Source: a virus
Reading direction: 5' to 3' (one strand)
DNA length: 64,000 nucleotides
IMG/VR virus record: IMGVR_UViG_3300030098_005409
Below are positions 17,412-26,965 of this stretch, piece by piece. The notes under the pieces are model-generated. The model saw nothing but the letters and a program-made list of their open reading frames with translations. It searched no databases and had not been told where the DNA came from. Position numbers and translations under genes: made by a program. The stretch's first letter is position 1, and each line of letters begins with the position of its first letter.

Positions 17412-19682
17412 CTATCCCTCGTAAAATGGGGAAATTGAATTTCTTCCTCTTGTAGAGTTCATGGCTTTGACAACAACATCACCTAATTGCTGGTCTCCAA
17501 CTTGGACCTTAACATTCATCGCGTTTTGTATAGCCTCAACAAGAACAGCAGTCTGCTTTTCAACAGATTCCCTAATCGCCTTATCCAAAGTTCCGTCAGG
17601 CTTGGCAGCGACGACAGAGTTGCCAACCCTTTCAAACGTATCTTGATTATTAAACTTAGCCATCTGTATCGACGCTGGCATAGTTGCATCGTTAAACGCG
17701 CCGCCGGCTGCAGCTGTCCCAGTCGCGAGCCCGATGGCGCCTCCGACAAGCGCTCCGACACCTGTACCGATAACTGGAACAATTGATCCAATCGCGGCTC
17801 CGGTAGCAGCGCCGGCAAGAGCGCCACCGCCCATACCTATTGCCGCGGCTTTTCCAGTTTGTCCAGCAGCCGCTGCTTGAGAAGCTTTTGATATTGCGTA
17901 GGCGCCACCGCCTATTCCAGCAATTATAGCTGCGATTGGTAAGAGAACAGCCAATAATGGCGAGGCGGCAGCGGACATCCCGGCAAACCCAGCGGTTGCC
18001 GAAGCCTGAGCAGCTGCAATCGCCGCTTTAAGACCCAGGAATCCCTTTACGGCGCCGACAACCATACTAATTCCTTTAAAAGCCAAACCAATTCCAAGAA
18101 CCCACTTCATCCATCCTGGGAGTATACCAAAAATTGCTTTACCTAAATCAATTGTAGACTTTTCGCCTTTGTTTATCTGGAAAATAAGTTCCGAGAACTT
18201 ATCTACACCCTTTACAATAGAATCCATTAATGGCTTATTACGAATAATCAAGCTGTTTATAGCATCAGTTAGTTTGGTCATTATATCTCGGGCATCACCG
18301 GCACGCTTTGCCAACTCTTCTTGTCGTAGAGCTTGCAGCTGAACTTCAGGATCCAACTCATTTAGAGACCTACGAAGAGTATCAACATCAGTTCCCAAGG
18401 CGGATGCAAATGCTTTCTGTTCGAACTTGTTTAGTTGGTCAAATTGAACCCCTCCAGCCTTAATAGCTTCTTTAATCATCTCAAGACGGTCAGCCTCAGA
18501 GGCATTCAGCATGTCAATAGAGTTAAGATAAGGTCCACCTAAGATGGCGTTAAGGCGTCCTACGGCTTGACCGGCGCCCTCAAAGGTATCAAATTTCTCA
18601 CCGACCAATCCGAGCAAAGAATCAACCGACAAACCGGTAGCCTTTGACTGCCTTTCTAATTGCGCGAACACGTCAAACATCTGCTGACCATAGAAAGCAA
18701 GTTTAGGAGCCGCAGAAGCAAGATCACCCGCGACTTCTGTTATTGGCTTGCCGATAGAAATCGCCAACGTCGCTGCTTCTCTTGTTAGAGCCTCGGCTTG
18801 TTGAGAGTTCATATATAATGACTTTGTCGCTTGGTCTAAGATTTGTCCTGTCTGAGCTGAGGAAACACCAAACTTATCTAAAATTGCAGCTGTTTCAGCT
18901 ATGTTAGTTTGCTCAGACTTCGAAAGGTTTGTAAAGTCTCTGAAGGTGCCGAATAAAGCTTGGGTAGCCCTACCGGCATCTGCGGCGTTCACCCCAAATG
19001 TGAGATATTCGCTTCCAGCGTCTCCTATAACGTCAGAAAATTCGTTACCAGCACCAGTCGCAGCCTTAAGCTGAGCGTTTTGTCTATCAAGCTCAAAAGC
19101 AAAGTTAATAGAGTTGCCAATTAACTTCTGAAAACTTTTAACAAGTAGGTCGCCCGTAAATACGCTTTTGGCTAATCCTCCAACAAACCCCAGTAAACTT
19201 GTGGTTCCATTGCCAACAATCTGAAAGAACCTTGCCCCCTCACCTGACAGACCAAGAAAACCATTAAGCAGGTTGTCAGCCTCAGCTGCTCCTGCTTTGA
19301 ATGCTTGCTTCTGGCGTTTAAGGGCGGCTGTGGCTTTGTCAACGGTCTTGGTGTAACCCTCAGTCTCATTGGATAATCTTTTAACATCCTTAATAGCTTT
19401 TTCTTTAGCTTCGCCTTCCAAAGCGCCGATTCGAAGAAGCTCTTTGGTGTTAGAAAGTTGCTCAAGTTTGTTTTCGTTTTCAAGTTTAACTCTTTCCTTT
19501 TCGTTTCTAGCTATCTCTTTAATAAGATTCGCTTCATCCTTCAGAAAAGTATTGCGTTGCTGGAGGTCTCCAATTCTTTCTGCTCTTCGGTCCTCGGGTC
19601 CACCTCGTCCGCCACCGGGTCCGCCTTTAAGCTGGTTGGTTAACTCCTTGACCGCTGCTGTGAGATCTGTAATTTCAGACAT
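17412..19682 (-). CDS. Tail tape measure protein
   Basis: 756 aa, Ala/Gly-rich helical protein with hydrophobic C-terminal stretches; downstream of the tube and chaperone genes. Confidence 0.85.
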   Translation of the reverse strand: MSEITDLTAAVKELTNQLKGGPGGGRGGPEDRRAERIGDLQQRNTFLKDEANLIKEIARNEKERVKLENENKLEQLSNTKELLRIGALEGEAKEKAIKDVKRLSNETEGYTKTVDKATAALKRQKQAFKAGAAEADNLLNGFLGLSGEGARFFQIVGNGTTSLLGFVGGLAKSVFTGDLLVKSFQKLIGNSINFAFELDRQNAQLKAATGAGNEFSDVIGDAGSEYLTFGVNAADAGRATQALFGTFRDFTNLSKSEQTNIAETAAILDKFGVSSAQTGQILDQATKSLYMNSQQAEALTREAATLAISIGKPITEVAGDLASAAPKLAFYGQQMFDVFAQLERQSKATGLSVDSLLGLVGEKFDTFEGAGQAVGRLNAILGGPYLNSIDMLNASEADRLEMIKEAIKAGGVQFDQLNKFEQKAFASALGTDVDTLRRSLNELDPEVQLQALRQEELAKRAGDARDIMTKLTDAINSLIIRNKPLMDSIVKGVDKFSELIFQINKGEKSTIDLGKAIFGILPGWMKWVLGIGLAFKGISMVVGAVKGFLGLKAAIAAAQASATAGFAGMSAAASPLLAVLLPIAAIIAGIGGGAYAISKASQAAAAGQTGKAAAIGMGGGALAGAATGAAIGSIVPVIGTGVGALVGGAIGLATGTAAAGGAFNDATMPASIQMAKFNNQDTFERVGNSVVAAKPDGTLDKAIRESVEKQTAVLVEAIQNAMNVKVQVGDQQLGDVVVKAMNSTRGRNSISPFYEG

Positions 19683-19693
19683 TATCTAGCCAC

Positions 19694-20011
19694 CTAATTT
19701 TTAAATGGCCACCGTAAGCCTGTTTCTCTTTCAAAACCCATAACGGCACGGTCAAGGTCTCTTTTATTCATCATGGTTCTGGAATCATCCAAGCCGTGCT
19801 TTATGTACGAATCCATATATCTTTTTTCGCCCCGGAGCGCTCTGAAGAAAGATTCTATTTGAGCTTGTGTTCCACGAATGGTTGGGTTAATATCGGCGCC
19901 TGCGTGGTATAAATCCAACAACATGCGATTAACCTTATAGGAAAAATCTGTGTACAATCTTTCATTGATTGTCTTATCGCTTAAATCGATGACGATGTTC
20001 TCTTCACTCAT
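19694..20011 (-). CDS. Hypothetical protein between chaperone and tape measure genes
   Basis: 105 aa, GAGG RBS, upstream ACTATTTA motif. Confidence 0.75.
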   Translation of the reverse strand: MSEENIVIDLSDKTINERLYTDFSYKVNRMLLDLYHAGADINPTIRGTQAQIESFFRALRGEKRYMDSYIKHGLDDSRTMMNKRDLDRAVMGFERETGLRWPFKN

Positions 20012-20030
20012 GGGGCAAACCTCTTCTATC

Positions 20031-20038
20031 TAAATAGT
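20031..20038 (-). promoter_or_regulatory. ACTATTTA motif (putative late promoter)
   Basis: About 20 nt upstream of the start at 20011; recurs before other virion genes. Confidence 0.55.
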
Positions 20039-20059
20039 AGCATAAAGAAAAAGGCGCAC

Positions 20060-20263
20060 TTATCGTGACGTCGACATTGCTTTCTCTTCCGCTTCTTTCT
20101 TCTCTTCGAAGTGTCTAGCCAAACGAGAAAGGAACCATCTTCTTAAACCAGTGGGCAACGTATAGGCTTCCGAAAAAGACCAGTTGCCATGTTGTTTAAG
20201 AATGAAAAACTCTTCGTACAGAGTCGCTTGATAATCAGAGCTTAGGCCAAAAAAAGTCGACAT
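20060..20263 (-). CDS. Tail assembly chaperone second ORF (gp51-like / possible frameshift extension)
   Basis: Overlaps the upstream chaperone across a T7 run; YEEFFILKQHGNWSFSEAYTLPTGLRRWF pattern. Confidence 0.7.
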   Translation of the reverse strand: MSTFFGLSSDYQATLYEEFFILKQHGNWSFSEAYTLPTGLRRWFLSRLARHFEEKKEAEEKAMSTSR

Positions 20264-21083
20264 TAATCGGCACCTCCAAGCGCTCTGTATGTGAGCAGTT
20301 GTCGCAGGTAAAGTCAGCTTTTAGTTCTATGTTTGGCATTGCCTCTTCGTATACTTTACGAATTTTCCTTGATAAAGCAGCAGGAATCTGACTGATAATC
20401 TCTTGCAGAGCGCTCAGCTGAGAGATCCCATTAACAGATACAATAATATTTTTTAGCAATTCTGTCACGGGACCTGTTTCAAGCTTAAGCTTTTTACGCC
20501 CTTCGACATGCTTCAAAATTCTCTGTTCATCTTTACCAGTCAGAAGTCTAATCTCAAAGGTAATCTCTGGATTATAATCTGTGGAGGTTAATAAGAAATT
20601 TCCATTCTCTAGGAGCTTTACATCATCAAGCAAGTTAGATTGCTTAATTTCTTTACCCTCTAGAGAGAACTCTTTTTCATTCAATGTTCCACAAGCAGGA
20701 CACGTAACGTTTGTCTTATAAAGCGAGCCAAAGCCAGTTTCCCTGATGGTCATGACAATAGCATTCTTATCGCCTATGAGCAAAGAGTTAGGATTGATAT
20801 TCGTATCTACCAATACAGACTTTAAAAGCCTGTCCATAACGAGACCCTTTTTAATTAAAGCCTCGGAAGATAGGATATCTTCCTCTTTTGCTGTCATGTG
20901 CTTTATCTCTACAGTTTCAGCACCTTGTAACGGATGCCCCTCGCCATAGAATAACCCCTTACTAGGAAGTTCGACAAACTCCGTTGGGGTTGGGAATGAA
21001 AATAGATTTTGTGTTTCTTGTTGCTGTAATTGTGGTGGTGGGGGCATATCAGGCGCCCCTTGTCTGTTTGAATTTCTACTCAA
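20235..21083 (-). CDS. Baseplate hub assembly / tail chaperone, T4 gp26-like
   Basis: PTEFVELPSKGLFY, MTAKEEDIL, CPAC and CDNC Zn ligands, C-terminal FFWP. Confidence 0.82.
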   Translation of the reverse strand: MSRNSNRQGAPDMPPPPQLQQQETQNLFSFPTPTEFVELPSKGLFYGEGHPLQGAETVEIKHMTAKEEDILSSEALIKKGLVMDRLLKSVLVDTNINPNSLLIGDKNAIVMTIRETGFGSLYKTNVTCPACGTLNEKEFSLEGKEIKQSNLLDDVKLLENGNFLLTSTDYNPEITFEIRLLTGKDEQRILKHVEGRKKLKLETGPVTELLKNIIVSVNGISQLSALQEIISQIPAALSRKIRKVYEEAMPNIELKADFTCDNCSHTERLEVPINVDFFWPKL

Positions 21084-21102
21084 AAATCACCGTCTCTTTC
21101 TT

Positions 21103-21678
21103 TTATGAAATATTTGCTAAAGCTCTAGTTGCTAGACCAACATCATAAGTTGCCCAGTCGTAACGCATCTGAATTACAATATCTAGAAGATCTTCGCCTG
21201 CGTAATCCAAATCACCGAAAGTTACATTTGTAATAAAAGCATTCTGCAACTTCCAAGTTCCAAGTGTACCACCCTCTCCAGAAAGCTCGTCAAACTGAAC
21301 CTGCCCAAGTGCTGCAAGGGAAGCCTGCTTGTTTGGCGTTGAAGCGGGAAGGTTCTGCAAGAAAACATCTTCCTGAATGTCAGGCTTTAGATAGCCCATC
21401 TGCTGCAGCGCCTGATAAAGAAGCTCGTTACCATCTGGCGATACGGAGTTAACAATAGTTGCGGTGCATTCATTCCATGTGACTGCTCCGGGGTAGTAGT
21501 AAGTGTTACCCAGGAACTTATGGTCCGTTGTGCTAACTGTGTAGGAAGGCTTTGTAACAGATTTGGCCAGATACTCAGCGTACGCAAAGTCTCCATCCGG
21601 TGTGATAAGCTCCGGGAATCTCAAAATAAATCTGTGTTTTCTCTTTGGTTCTGAAAGTGCGCTTGTCCAAAAGGCCAT
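21103..21678 (-). CDS. Tail tube protein (gp19-like)
   Basis: EPKRKHRFIL, KSVTKPS, YYPGAVTW, WKLQNAF, FGDLDY, MRYDWA; follows the sheath gene. Confidence 0.9.
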   Translation of the reverse strand: MAFWTSALSEPKRKHRFILRFPELITPDGDFAYAEYLAKSVTKPSYTVSTTDHKFLGNTYYYPGAVTWNECTATIVNSVSPDGNELLYQALQQMGYLKPDIQEDVFLQNLPASTPNKQASLAALGQVQFDELSGEGGTLGTWKLQNAFITNVTFGDLDYAGEDLLDIVIQMRYDWATYDVGLATRALANIS

Positions 21679-21705
21679 TGTTATTATCTCCTGATAGGTC
21701 TAAGT

Positions 21706-21713
21706 TAATTAGT
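21706..21713 (-). promoter_or_regulatory. ACTAATTA variant of the putative late motif
   Basis: About 28 nt upstream of the tube start; one mismatch to ACTATTTA. Confidence 0.4.
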
Positions 21714-21745
21714 GCGGGGAGCCGGAACTCCCCCACTTTTTATTT
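21712..21745. terminator. Intrinsic terminator-like hairpin after the sheath gene
   Basis: GTGGGGGAG-TTCCGG-CTCCCCGCAC on the minus strand; T-run on the plus-strand side. Confidence 0.55.
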
Positions 21746-24593
21746 AATCGTCAAATGACGCTCCTGTTCTTGTGATGTTGAAGTCAATCGCAATGAACTC
21801 AATCGCTCGCGTTGGCTTCAAGAAGATCTTCGCATATAGAATATTTCTATCTACAAGATCAGGGGTTGTGGTTGTGTCATCAAGAACAACTCTGTAATCG
21901 GAAAGACCAAAGTTTGTCTTAACATCAGCCAAGAAAGGATCAACTCGGGATGTGAATCTCGTCCAAGTTGTCTGGATGTTTGGATCAAAGAGAATGCCAC
22001 TGGCAATCTGCGAGATGCGCTTCTTAACGAAGATCATTAGACGACGAACGTTAATACGATCCAGAGCAGATGGCGTAACCTGTAGGGTCTTCTGACCGAA
22101 GATCACGATACCCTCTGCTGGGAACTTAGCGATTGGGTTAATGTTCGCTGAGTAAAGGTCGTCACGGTCCTTGCGGCGTAGCTGGTGAGCGACGTCAACA
22201 ACTGGAATACCAGCGGAGCCTTCCGTGAGCCCGCCGCGATTGAATCCGGCTGGAGCGAACCAAACCTGTGTTTTACGCTGTGAGCTAGAGAATGTACCGA
22301 TAGCGGCGATAGAAGGTGGCAACCAAATGAACTGACCGTTGATGGTGTCTCTTGCTCGGACCCATGGGTAGTAAGTCGCGCCGTAAGAAGAGTTAAGATT
22401 CCTACTTCGCAAACCATTAATCAACGTTGTGATTGTCGAGGCCGTGTTGCTGCGATTAACCTCCCTGGCATCTTCTCTTGGAACAAAAGCATCCGGAAGG
22501 TCGATAACGGCTAAGGCATCTCCTCTTTCTTCACATGTTCTAACTAGATGGGTGGTGAGACCCTCCTGCGTCTGGGCTGGGATTGAGGCCAGATTCATCT
22601 CTACAACCTCGGGGTCAGCCACCGAATCGATGGCTCTCCTAAGAGAGAAGAAGGAATAACTTGTTGAATCAGACGGATTTGATGGCATCCGAGCAGCAGA
22701 GAAAGGATCCATCTCCCTAATATCAACACCGTCAAAACCACCAAACAAAGGCACGGTAAACCGATCGTATCCAGCGTCCAAGACTCCAGATATTGGGCCA
22801 TTAACAAAAGTAAGAGACGTGCTGGTTGAGGATCCCGTAACCCACTCACCAGAGCCTGAGACGTCATCCAGCGTAAACGTCGGAGACAACTCTTCGTTCG
22901 CTGTGGCTGCTGTGAAGCCAACAATGCCGCCGCGTGGTCTTAAAATGTCAATGGTCGAGCGATCGAAGACCGTGCTTCCCACTGCTTCGGTTGTTTGCAA
23001 CCCGAAGTATGCATCTGTAGCATTAACTAAATTGCCGTCTGTAGCCTTGTCACGCAGAACTGGTCTTGGAAAATCTACCGAAGCAGAGGCAAAAACGTCA
23101 TCTTCAATTGACGCTGCACCAGACACGACAAAAAGTGATCCGGATGAGTAGTGTCCTGTCAGCGGGAATGTTCCTACACCATGGGAAGCAGATAACCAGC
23201 TTGGGTTTAAACCTCCAGCCCCAGCGGTCGCGGTGACATCAAGATACTTAACTATTCCCTCGAATCCAAACGGAAGCAATGTTGGGTTTGTTACCCCGGC
23301 TTCTACATCTGAATTTACATCAACGTAGATGTAGTCGGAATTATTATCGTAATTTCCCTCTGCGTAATACCTTCTTTCGCTCTGAGACCATACAAGTCTT
23401 CTATCTCCAATCTTGCGCGCAATGAAGTTCAGCGAGTTAGGATTAAGATCGCAGTTGTTAAACTGCTCTACAACACGAACAACGTTATCACTGTCACTCA
23501 AGTGTCGTACTACAACCGAAAAGGTGCCATAATCTTCTTGATCATTTGTGGAGCGTTTAATGTCCTGAATGGAGATCTTAAGATTCTTGTTTGTCCAGTC
23601 GCCAGCCTTGCCTCTTGCAACAAACTTAAATAACTTTGTAACTCCCGAGCCCGGGGCCAGCTTGCAACTAATTATGTTAGGCGTCTCGGCTGCCTGTACT
23701 TCGTATGTAAAATCATCTCCGTCAGAGCCGCCATCATTAATTCTCACGAAAGCCGCGGCATATGACGATGCTTCGTCGGATAAGACATTTTCAATGTGAC
23801 GATCAAAAGTTTCTCCCAAGAAATACAATTCTGTATTAGAAGGATCAACAATTGCGTCTGTGAGTAATTGTGGGTTAGTGTTGAAGACTTTGCGAATGTA
23901 TTTAGAATCATTCTTGTTAAAGTTAAATGTAATGGTGTCTACTGTTGTGCCGCTAGCGTTTTTAACGAGCGCCTTAAACTCTTTTGTTCTACCACCTTCC
24001 TGCGAAATAACCACATAGTCCGAACCAGTGACGGCCTCAAGGGAGGCTGCTTCGGCCGGGGCTGCGACGTAAGTGGTGCCGTTATTTAAGAGAAGCGTAC
24101 CGGACAGTTCAAGATCGACATTAGCCTCGGCATAAAAAACAGCACCGAGTGCTCCGGTAAGTACTGTGTTGGTGCTTGAGGTCTGAAACAGCACGAGTCC
24201 CCAGGCGCGCCCGTTTGTGCCGGCATTCCAGCCAGCTTCTGCTGGAACTCCACTACCAACTGCAGCTGCGTCCTCAGCACCAAGCAAGCGAATGTAAGTT
24301 AAAGGAGAACTATTTCGAAGATAAGCTTGTGCTGCATACGCGCCATAAGTCGTGGCAGTAGTATTAGCGCCTTGGCGCCAAACGTCTTCTCCGGAATTCC
24401 CAGGACTTGGAGCGCCAAAAATATTAACGAATTCTTCAAAGGAGTCAACAGTCGTTGGTCTTAGGGCCGGCCCTTTCTCAGCGCGACCGATGATGACTGG
24501 TCCTATACCTGCTGGCGAGGCGGGCAACTGTGAGTTGTCAATTTCATTGACAAAAACGCCGGGGGATACAAATCGGTAATTTTTAACTGACAT
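21744..24593 (-). CDS. Tail sheath protein (gp18-like)
   Basis: FVSPGVFVNEID, GRAEKGP, YYPWV, WFAPAGFNRG, INPIAKFP, FGQKTLQ, LDRINVRRL, KPTRAIEFI. Confidence 0.96.
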   Translation of the reverse strand: MSVKNYRFVSPGVFVNEIDNSQLPASPAGIGPVIIGRAEKGPALRPTTVDSFEEFVNIFGAPSPGNSGEDVWRQGANTTATTYGAYAAQAYLRNSSPLTYIRLLGAEDAAAVGSGVPAEAGWNAGTNGRAWGLVLFQTSSTNTVLTGALGAVFYAEANVDLELSGTLLLNNGTTYVAAPAEAASLEAVTGSDYVVISQEGGRTKEFKALVKNASGTTVDTITFNFNKNDSKYIRKVFNTNPQLLTDAIVDPSNTELYFLGETFDRHIENVLSDEASSYAAAFVRINDGGSDGDDFTYEVQAAETPNIISCKLAPGSGVTKLFKFVARGKAGDWTNKNLKISIQDIKRSTNDQEDYGTFSVVVRHLSDSDNVVRVVEQFNNCDLNPNSLNFIARKIGDRRLVWSQSERRYYAEGNYDNNSDYIYVDVNSDVEAGVTNPTLLPFGFEGIVKYLDVTATAGAGGLNPSWLSASHGVGTFPLTGHYSSGSLFVVSGAASIEDDVFASASVDFPRPVLRDKATDGNLVNATDAYFGLQTTEAVGSTVFDRSTIDILRPRGGIVGFTAATANEELSPTFTLDDVSGSGEWVTGSSTSTSLTFVNGPISGVLDAGYDRFTVPLFGGFDGVDIREMDPFSAARMPSNPSDSTSYSFFSLRRAIDSVADPEVVEMNLASIPAQTQEGLTTHLVRTCEERGDALAVIDLPDAFVPREDAREVNRSNTASTITTLINGLRSRNLNSSYGATYYPWVRARDTINGQFIWLPPSIAAIGTFSSSQRKTQVWFAPAGFNRGGLTEGSAGIPVVDVAHQLRRKDRDDLYSANINPIAKFPAEGIVIFGQKTLQVTPSALDRINVRRLMIFVKKRISQIASGILFDPNIQTTWTRFTSRVDPFLADVKTNFGLSDYRVVLDDTTTTPDLVDRNILYAKIFLKPTRAIEFIAIDFNITRTGASFDD

Positions 24594-24629
24594 TCGTTCG
24601 GTTCTCCTACATTGCGAAAATGTTCAAAG

Positions 24630-24647
24630 TAAATAGTGTTAAATAGT
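24630..24647 (-). promoter_or_regulatory. Tandem ACTATTTA motifs upstream of the sheath gene
   Basis: ACTATTTA-ac-ACTATTTA, two copies 10 nt apart. Confidence 0.6.
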
Positions 24648-24657
24648 AGGAAGAGAA

Positions 24658-25602
24658 TTATTCTCTGTAAAATCCATCTTTTATGTTATCGGGTATATCG
24701 CCAAGCACAGTTCTCTCTCTGCCGATCTTAATATCAACTGCATTCTCACGCTTAACAATCTTTGGCCTTTCTTGGTTTTCGCCCTCACCGATAAGATAGC
24801 CAAGAGTTTCAATATTAATATTGGTTTCGTAATTCCTCTGCTCCATCCCTAGATTGGCTTGGTTAGAGTTATTAGCAAAATTACCATCAATAAATATTTC
24901 GTAGTAATGCCCCTCGGCTTCAATTCGCTTTGGAGTTCTAGAGTTGCCCGGAATTGTGATGAACGGACGAATAAGCTCATTCATTTGCTGCTGATACTCA
25001 GTTCTGATGGATATTTCATACATTACTTTAACCCAAGTAGGGATAGGGATTGTTATTGTTTCATAAACTGTCTTCGCTGTGGACATGTTTCTTTTATTCG
25101 TGTTAAGCATTTTGCTTGAAACATTTTTATCCGGACCATATTTTCTATTTGCTTGAGCATTCTGAAACTCTGCTGTTTTCTTTTGGTTAATTTGTCTAGC
25201 AATTGTTATGGTGCCACCCTTGGGGTCGTTAATAGGATATAAGTTAGCGAACACAGTACCACGGAAATTCTCTTCTTTTGTCACGCTCGATCGATTAACA
25301 GTGATTAAAGGAAGAATTAAGGTTTCTTCTTTATCTCGCAAGTCTTTGTTATGTTTTATTTGGAAGGCTCGCTCTGATGTAACCCATAGAACTGGAACTT
25401 TTTTAAATCCGTCGTTAGTATTCGTAAAAAGATTAAGCTCTTCGTCAATAAAGCGAAGCATTGCCCTATCGATCGTCTCTAAAGAAGATGGCATAAACTC
25501 AATTTCTTGAAGTTTTTTTGCCACTTCCTTATCACCCACGTAATCAAATCGCTGAGATCTCTTGTCTTTTATTTTCTTTTCGGATCTTTTGCTACGGGAC
25601 AT
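24658..25602 (-). CDS. Tail completion / terminator protein (gp15-like)
   Basis: LETIDRAM, KVPVLW..ERAF, LPLITVNR, QMNELI; position between neck and sheath genes. Confidence 0.65.
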   Translation of the reverse strand: MSRSKRSEKKIKDKRSQRFDYVGDKEVAKKLQEIEFMPSSLETIDRAMLRFIDEELNLFTNTNDGFKKVPVLWVTSERAFQIKHNKDLRDKEETLILPLITVNRSSVTKEENFRGTVFANLYPINDPKGGTITIARQINQKKTAEFQNAQANRKYGPDKNVSSKMLNTNKRNMSTAKTVYETITIPIPTWVKVMYEISIRTEYQQQMNELIRPFITIPGNSRTPKRIEAEGHYYEIFIDGNFANNSNQANLGMEQRNYETNINIETLGYLIGEGENQERPKIVKRENAVDIKIGRERTVLGDIPDNIKDGFYRE

Positions 25603-25606
25603 TTAA

Positions 25607-26875
25607 TTATCCTACGTAAATGCCAGCTGGGACATTTTCAAGAACTTTCTTGGTCGAATCTTGTAGAGTTGAATCAACCGTGGCCAGCTTATCATATGTT
25701 GTGTCTTCAAGGATCGTCTTCAACTCCTCTCTTAACTGGTCCATTTCGGTCCTAGCTTGCGACAATAATTCTGAAGCGTTAAGAGTTACCGATTCTCCTG
25801 GAATAGGTACAGTAGAAAATTTTCCTCTCACCTGACCAAGAATCTCTTTTGTTAGCGCTAAGGCAAATCTACGAATCCATTGCTTACCAATGGCATTAAT
25901 ATTTTCATATGGGATATTCTCAAACGGGAGAGTGTTTAAGTTGTTGATACCGTCTACTCCTTCTCTCCCACGACCAGTTTCTTCCCAAGCCTCGTACTCC
26001 TTATCAATTGTAAATTGAACCCAAAAATTTTCAGGAGATGTGGGGTCAGGTGTTGGAAAAATTCGAAGATTGTTATCGTGAATTTCATACGAATAATGTG
26101 ATATCCGGGTGTGCAACGCATCCTCATAAGCCATAGCCTGAAGTTTGTTCTGCCAAGTTGGCACAATCTCAAAAGTAGAATCGTCAGCATACTGACCGTA
26201 AGTTCTTAAGTTACCTACAACTGAAAATCCGCCGTAGTATCCATAAAAACGCCACATGGCTCTTGGGGTCTTAAAAAAGACTTTCCTGATAATAACTCTC
26301 TTATCCTGAACTTTGCCGTAATAAGGGACAGTTGTATCAGTTGCGGCCGATGAAGAAATTAAAGTCTGCAAATCGTAATCTTGCTGATCTGTTACAGTGC
26401 TAACAGACGCTGAGTAAATTGGCGTAAGCCCTCCGAACCCGGCCTCAGTTGCCAGCTTCTCTGAAACTCTTCGTACATAACCATAATCAAACCTGGGATA
26501 TTTTAAAGCAATGTTAGAACCCGATAACGCACTGCCCGATACAATTTGTCCATCTTGGTCAAAAGAGCCGGTCGCGCCGCCCAGAAGACTGGACAGAGAG
26601 TTCTTTGATTGATGTAGGTTTACTAAATAAGAATATTCTAAAACTGCCTCTTCGTAGGCAGAGTAAACAGAGCCCTCTGATAGTTCAATATCTAAGACAT
26701 CGCCGCCCAGCTTTTTGTAGGTATAAGCTACCTGATCTGCCGCGCCAGATAAAAATGGATTTGAATTAGCATATATGGCGAAAGGTAATGTAGCAGCGAC
26801 ATTTAGCGCCGCCCCTGTGACTGGCAATACGTTTGCGTTAGAAGTAGACGCTGGGTTTAAATTTGGAATTGACAT
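25607..26875 (-). CDS. Neck / head-tail adaptor protein (gp13-like)
   Basis: KLGGDVLDIEL, WIRRFALALTKEILGQVRGKF...IPG...LNASELL. Confidence 0.78.
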   Translation of the reverse strand: MSIPNLNPASTSNANVLPVTGAALNVAATLPFAIYANSNPFLSGAADQVAYTYKKLGGDVLDIELSEGSVYSAYEEAVLEYSYLVNLHQSKNSLSSLLGGATGSFDQDGQIVSGSALSGSNIALKYPRFDYGYVRRVSEKLATEAGFGGLTPIYSASVSTVTDQQDYDLQTLISSSAATDTTVPYYGKVQDKRVIIRKVFFKTPRAMWRFYGYYGGFSVVGNLRTYGQYADDSTFEIVPTWQNKLQAMAYEDALHTRISHYSYEIHDNNLRIFPTPDPTSPENFWVQFTIDKEYEAWEETGRGREGVDGINNLNTLPFENIPYENINAIGKQWIRRFALALTKEILGQVRGKFSTVPIPGESVTLNASELLSQARTEMDQLREELKTILEDTTYDKLATVDSTLQDSTKKVLENVPAGIYVG

Positions 26876-26902
26876 TAGCGATCCTCAGATTTTATCTATT
26901 AA

Positions 26903-26909
26903 TAAATAG
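26903..26909 (-). promoter_or_regulatory. CTATTTA motif upstream of the neck gene
   Basis: About 28 nt upstream of 26875, directly after the capsid terminator. Confidence 0.5.
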
Positions 26910-26938
26910 AAAGCCCCGCCTCAAAGAGACGGGGCTTT
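26910..26938 (-). terminator. Intrinsic terminator after the major capsid gene
   Basis: AAAGCCCCGTCTC-TTT-GAGGCGGGGCTTT. Confidence 0.75.
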
Positions 26939-26965
26939 CATTATTTTGACCTTAAGTCAGGCTAG

